From Gemmatimonadaceae bacterium (lineage in GTDB: Bacteria; Gemmatimonadota; Gemmatimonadetes; Gemmatimonadales; Gemmatimonadaceae): a DNA stretch of 64,000 nucleotides. The position numbers were made by a program, and so were the translations under genes. The DNA lies in the NCBI GenBank assembly GCA_044224875.1, contig JBGAJQ010000018.1:12915-76914 (forward strand), written 5' to 3'. The notes beneath the pieces were generated by a model, which made no database searches, was not told the origin of the DNA, and saw only the letters and a program-made list of their open reading frames with translations. This document shows, piece after piece, positions 63,398 through 64,000 of the stretch (its first letter is position 1; each line of letters begins with the position of its first letter).

Positions 63398-63426
63398 CAC
63401 CGGATGTATTCACGGACCTAACGACC

Positions 63427-64000
63427 ATGATCATCGGCGTACCGAAAGAGATCAAGACGAACGAGAATCGTATCGCGCTCGTGCCGGCCGGCGCAGAGGC
63501 CTTGGTGGCGGCGGGGCATCACGTTGCGATCGAGAAAGGGGCCGGCGAGGGGAGCGGATTCGAGGACCGGCAGTTCACCGAGGTCGGCTGCCAGATTCTG
63601 CCCGATGCGGATGCAGTCTGGGCCAAGGCAGAGATGATCATGAAGGTGAAGGAACCGATCGAGCCGGAATGGAAGCGGATGAAGCGCGGACAGGTCATCT
63701 TCACATACTTCCATTTTGCAGCTGACGAAAAGCTGACGCGCGCGCACATGGCGGCCGGGCCGATTTGCATCGCCTACGAGACGGTGGAACTCCCGTCGCG
63801 CGAGCTGCCGCTGCTGACGCCCATGTCGGAGGTCGCGGGCCGCATGGCGGTACAGGAAGGGGCCAAGTACCTGGAGAAGTTGTATGGCGGGCGTGGCGTG
63901 CTGCTGGGTGGCGTGCCGGGGGTTCCGCCAGCGAAGGTCGTGATCCTCGGTGGCGGCGTGGTTGGGACGAATGCAGCGAAGATGGCTGCTGGCATGGGCG
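63427..64000 (+). CDS. ald: Alanine dehydrogenase (3' end outside the window)
   Basis: MIIGVPKEIKTNENRIAL, KVKEP, FTYFHFAA, LPLLTPMSEVAGR, GGGVVG. Confidence 0.93.
   Translation, partial: MIIGVPKEIKTNENRIALVPAGAEALVAAGHHVAIEKGAGEGSGFEDRQFTEVGCQILPDADAVWAKAEMIMKVKEPIEPEWKRMKRGQVIFTYFHFAADEKLTRAHMAAGPICIAYETVELPSRELPLLTPMSEVAGRMAVQEGAKYLEKLYGGRGVLLGGVPGVPPAKVVILGGGVVGTNAAKMAAGMG

Larger units (their letters stand above)
1010..63423. repeat. Dispersed over-represented 8-mer CGTTAGGY / RCCTAACG
   Basis: Manual count: 25 CGTTAGGC plus 12 CGTTAGGT on both strands, and 8 more with the GTTAGG core. Confidence 0.8.

Noticed and set aside
1010..63423. TTAGGC/TTAGGG resemblance to telomeric repeats
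   Set aside because: Copies are single and dispersed within genes, never tandem.
1010..63423. Motif as a Chi/KOPS-type polar site or palindromic restriction/HIP1 site
   Set aside because: It is roughly equal on both strands within one window and is not palindromic.
1..64000. CRISPR array, rRNA, IS elements, riboswitches
   Set aside because: I recognised no regularly spaced direct repeats, rRNA sequence, transposase ORFs or riboswitch consensus by eye.

Overview
High-GC (about 66% by eye) bacterial chromosome segment, most consistent with Gemmatimonadota (inferred from gene order and the SusC/SusD-like pair; not verified). Most of it is housekeeping genes: pheT(3' end)-zapB-like-zapA-[6S-like RNA]-rny-folD-xseAB-ispA-dxs-nadK-recN; a lysine/DAP-aroA-cmk-rpsA block; acyl-CoA carboxylase genes with an rRNA methyltransferase inserted among them; rplM-rpsI-rpsB-tsf-pyrH-frr-uppS-cdsA-dxr-rseP; and rpsO-pnp-M16 peptidase-ald. 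An accessory stretch at about 10-27 kb holds galK, a glycoside hydrolase-like gene, tRNA-Gly, tRNA-Leu(UAA), a GH20 enzyme, a class III aminotransferase, a PIG-L deacetylase, two tandem M20 amidohydrolases and an [FeFe]-hydrogenase-like protein. I saw no integrase, transposase, phage or CRISPR. Many frameshifts, several in normally essential genes, point to uncorrected assembly indels. The most striking unexplained signal is a dispersed, non-palindromic 8-mer, CGTTAGGY (37 copies counted by hand, 45 with the GTTAGG core). It occurs on both strands and in several reading frames, forces rare codons even in rpsA, rpsB and tsf, and turns over at synonymous sites between paralogs. It is a candidate DNA-uptake-sequence-like or chromosome-wide protein-binding signal.
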